Assembly (NCBI RefSeq): GCF_006345805.1
Contig: NC_042998.1
Span: forward strand, 129,704,001-129,768,000
Source of the DNA: Octopus sinensis
Taxonomy: Eukaryota
Length of the DNA: 64,000 nucleotides
Direction of reading: 5' to 3'
Program-made: the position numbers and the translations under genes
Notes under the pieces: model-generated
Database searches by the model: none
What the model saw: only the letters and a program-made list of their open reading frames with translations
What the model was told of the DNA's origin: nothing
Shown here: positions 61,030 to 64,000 of the stretch, piece by piece
How positions within the stretch are numbered: the stretch's first letter is position 1
Layout: each line of letters opens with the position of its first letter

Positions 61030-63625
61030 AGGTAGTAGATGCTCCTTCACGGGAAGATATAGACTTCTTCAGGAAAAAATCTGGGGGGCTTAACCAAGAT
61101 GTTCTGTGGCTGGAAGAAATCCGAAGAAGTTATTGTTCCTGTGTTACACCCAAGACATGGTGATGCCCTTGCTACTATGATCCAGAATCTCCAGGATGGA
61201 AAGACCCACTGGAAGAAACTTGATTGTTGGTAAAATAAGCTAACCTTCTATCGACCATATCTTATAAATCTGCAAGCTCTCAATGGGAACAGTAGCATAC
61301 CACACAGGCTAGCTCTGGCAGAGACAATATTGATCCCCAAATGCAGAAGCAGCCACATGGCAAAAAACTACCGTCCCATTGCATGCACGAACTTAATGTA
61401 TGAGATACATAAAACATACTGAAACCTTTTCCTCCAGGACCGTTGTGAAACGAATAACATCATCATAGTTGATAAGAAGTTGATAAGAAGGGTGTCTGGG
61501 GATGTGCCGAGCAATTTTTGATCGACAAAACTATGATGTCAGAGGTGCGAGAGCTTAGGAGGAACCCAGTTTCAATGTGGCTTGACAATAAGAATGCTTT
61601 TGAATCTGTTCCCCACTCACCGATGTTAGAAGCCCTTCAACTTTCTAAAAGCGAGCATAGTCAAAGCTATAGCTGACCTGACTACATCGTGGGCCACCAT
61701 CTTGAAATTAAACACTAAGAGTGACTGTATTATTACTGATAGAATACATTATCGCAGAGGTATATTCCAACTGGACAACCTCTCTGTGACTTTGTCTATA
61801 ATTACTGTTAGCCCCTTTTCACTGGTTCATAAAGAAACAGGAATACTAAAATCACACACTGTTTCTTTGTGGATGACTTGAAACTTTATGCAAAGAATAT
61901 GCACGAAATTACAACATTCTCAAAAGATGTAGCATTGGTGTTTGGTCAGGATAAATGATGTTATATAGTTGTGAAAAGGGGGAAACCGGACTAGCAACAT
62001 CTCCATAAATGACTTGACCGTTTCCCCTATTTCTGACGAGGAGTGTTAAAGGTATGTAGGGGTGGATGAAAACATGTCTTACAAAGGCATCTGTGACAAC
62101 ACACGTGTCACTAAAGGATATTACAGCCGAATAAAGAAAATTTGAACCTCAGAACTTTTTGCATTCAATAAAACAGTGGCCCTCAATGTATCTGCAGTGC
62201 CAGTACTCATACCAACATTTGGGCTGCTTGATTGGACGCTTGGTGAGATCGGAGTATATTGATGAGAAAACACAGAAAATACAAGCAAGCTCACGTAATT
62301 TCCACATAAACATTGACGTAGACCGTCTCTACCGAAAACGAAAACTAGGCGGCGGAGGCTTAACATCGATCCAAAATGCCTTTCAATGTCGTATCAAATC
62401 CCTTCGGCATCATCATTTAACCAAGAGACAAAGTGCATCCTTTGACCAAGATTTCATACATGAGGGTGATAACATCATAAGACTTGGAAGGCAACTCCTT
62501 TGGCAACATTTCTTGTCTGATAAAATTAAATACACGTGCAAAGAATTCGCACGACTCTACTGCAACGTATCACCAGATGAAAGGATGAACATATATGAAC
62601 AGAGACTATGCATGGATATCTTCGTAGAACGCTCCGAGATGATAGTATCATTGATCATCAAAGCAGTCTATCATGGACTGGGTTACTACGTCCCACTTTG
62701 AAGGGTATATGTTTGTAATCCAGGAACAGGAAATATCAACCAAATACCTGATGCCCCAAAGGGATAGAGATGCAGGAAAAGCCCTATAATGTGACAACCG
62801 ATGCAGGCTTTGTGGAGTTAACACCGAAGATATCACCTACATCATAACCAGTTGTCTGAAAATGTCATCACCGTATTATCTGGCGATAAGACATGATGTT
62901 ATAGCTAGGACACTCTATAATGAAATCTAAGGCGGCGAGCTGGTAGAAACGTTAGCACGCCGGGCGAAATGCGTAGCCGTATTTCGTCTGCCGTTACGTT
63001 GTGAGTTCAAATTCCGCCGAGGTCGACATTGCCTTTCATCTTTTCGGGGTCGATAAATTAAATACCAGTTACACACTGGGGTCGATGTACACGACTTAAT
63101 CCCTTTGCCTGTCCTTGTTTGTCCCCTTTGTGTTTAGCCCCTTGTGGGTAGTAAAGAAATATATAATAAAATCCACCGGAAAGATAACACCGAGGACAAA
63201 GAAATAAGAACCCACAGTATGATGGAAGCCATAACCACACATAATAAAATGTCTCAGTGAAAACCTCAATAAAATCTAAACACAACAGACCTGATATAAT
63301 GATTTGGGATGGAGAAGAGAAACTGTATACAGTTAAAGAAATTAACTGCCCAGCGGATGTTAACATAAAGCTAACGATCAGTGTAAAAGAAAATACCTAC
63401 GATGAACTATTGAGAAACCTGCAGCTACACTATCGAGATTAGAAGTTCAGGTTTATACCTGTAGTTATTGAGGCCCAGAGATATGTAACACACTGCCTAA
63501 ATACCAGTCTTGAGAAGTTAGGCTTCTCAAAACCAGAAAAGAGAAAGCAAATTCGAAGACTACAGATCCAATCCATCACTGGAACTATAAAAATCTGTAA
63601 AAACCTTCCAGGGTTTATCATTTAA
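61030..63625 (+). mobile_element. Decayed R4/Dong-like LINE of a more divergent lineage, RT through RLE
   Basis: ETILIPK..KNYRPIACTNLMY, KKGVWGCAEQFLIDK, WLDNKNAFESVPH, RRGIFQLDNLS, HCFFVDDLKLYAK, VDRLYRKRKLGGGGL, CRLCG..HIITSC, NRPDIMIWD..EINCPAD; stop at 63623-63625. Confidence 0.9.
62929..63161 (+). mobile_element. SINE family B inserted in the LINE, with a 12-bp TSD
   Basis: tataatgaaatc (62916-62927) and tataataaaatc (63162-63173); the LINE frame RTLYNEI|HRKD is restored when the SINE is removed. Confidence 0.93.
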
Positions 63626-63689
63626 ATATATATGATTTTGTGTAGATATGTAATTATACGCCTGAGAATACATACATAAAGCAAAACTT

Positions 63690-64000
63690 ACAATTCTGCC
63701 ACCACTGTGGATAACATTAGTCTTATTCATGAAATGCTGATGTATGACAGGCGATTGACTATCAATCAAAGAGCCAATGCTATTAATATATTCCATAAGA
63801 GAGTTGAGAATATTTTGCGCAATGAATTTGGCGTGTAGAGGGTTTCTTCTCAGTAGCTGCGTTTTTTGACACATGATCAAATGTGCATCAGGTTGATCAC
63901 ACCATGGGAAATCTTACATTGTTTCGGGCAGATCCAGCTTGTCTCTTTCAAAGTTTCCTAACCCAATATGAGTATTAGCTTCATCACACTGATAGAAAAA
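63690..64000 (+). mobile_element. Decayed mariner transposase fragment running off the window
   Basis: ATTVDNISLIHEMLMYDRRLTINQRA..VENILRNEFGV*RVSSQ*LRFLTHDQ (HTH plus WVPxxL-like linker) ..FLTQYEY*LHH (TxDExW region). Confidence 0.85.

Overview
AT-rich, microsatellite-saturated eukaryotic DNA, inferred to be Octopus (coleoid cephalopod) from recognisable tRNA-headed SINE families and very dense (AAT)n/(AT)n/(AC)n tracts; no database search was run. There are no prokaryotic features, CRISPR arrays, rRNA or genuine tRNA genes, and most ORFs in the track are microsatellite or antisense artefacts. The window is dominated by R4/Dong-clade non-LTR retrotransposons (RT, CCHC knuckle, restriction-like endonuclease): about 15 fragments from at least six subfamilies, nearly all on the + strand and sitting in (AAT)n tracts. 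They include one 499-aa uninterrupted 3' ORF and one near full-length decayed copy. Also present: a bounded Chapaev3-like DNA transposon (TIRs plus TTA TSD), a mariner fragment, a Tc1/mariner MITE, a Penelope-like RT remnant, CR1/L2-like fragments, a Helitron-like element, a 122-bp-arm foldback and many SINEs. Best leads: (1) hammerhead-ribozyme-like motifs in short non-coding repeats; (2) two apparent non-autonomous partners of the TAA-targeting LINE (an internally deleted 5'+3' fusion and a 530-bp non-coding element); (3) short inverted (ATT)n runs at LINE 5' junctions; (4) a strand-asymmetric G.U-rich 48-bp hairpin; (5) a chain of phase-compatible + strand exons (about 36.9-50.9 kb) of an unidentified host gene, with RNA structure flanking a 43-nt exon and a 24-nt microexon. 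Fragment boundaries were read by eye and are approximate unless a TSD, TIR or splice site is quoted.
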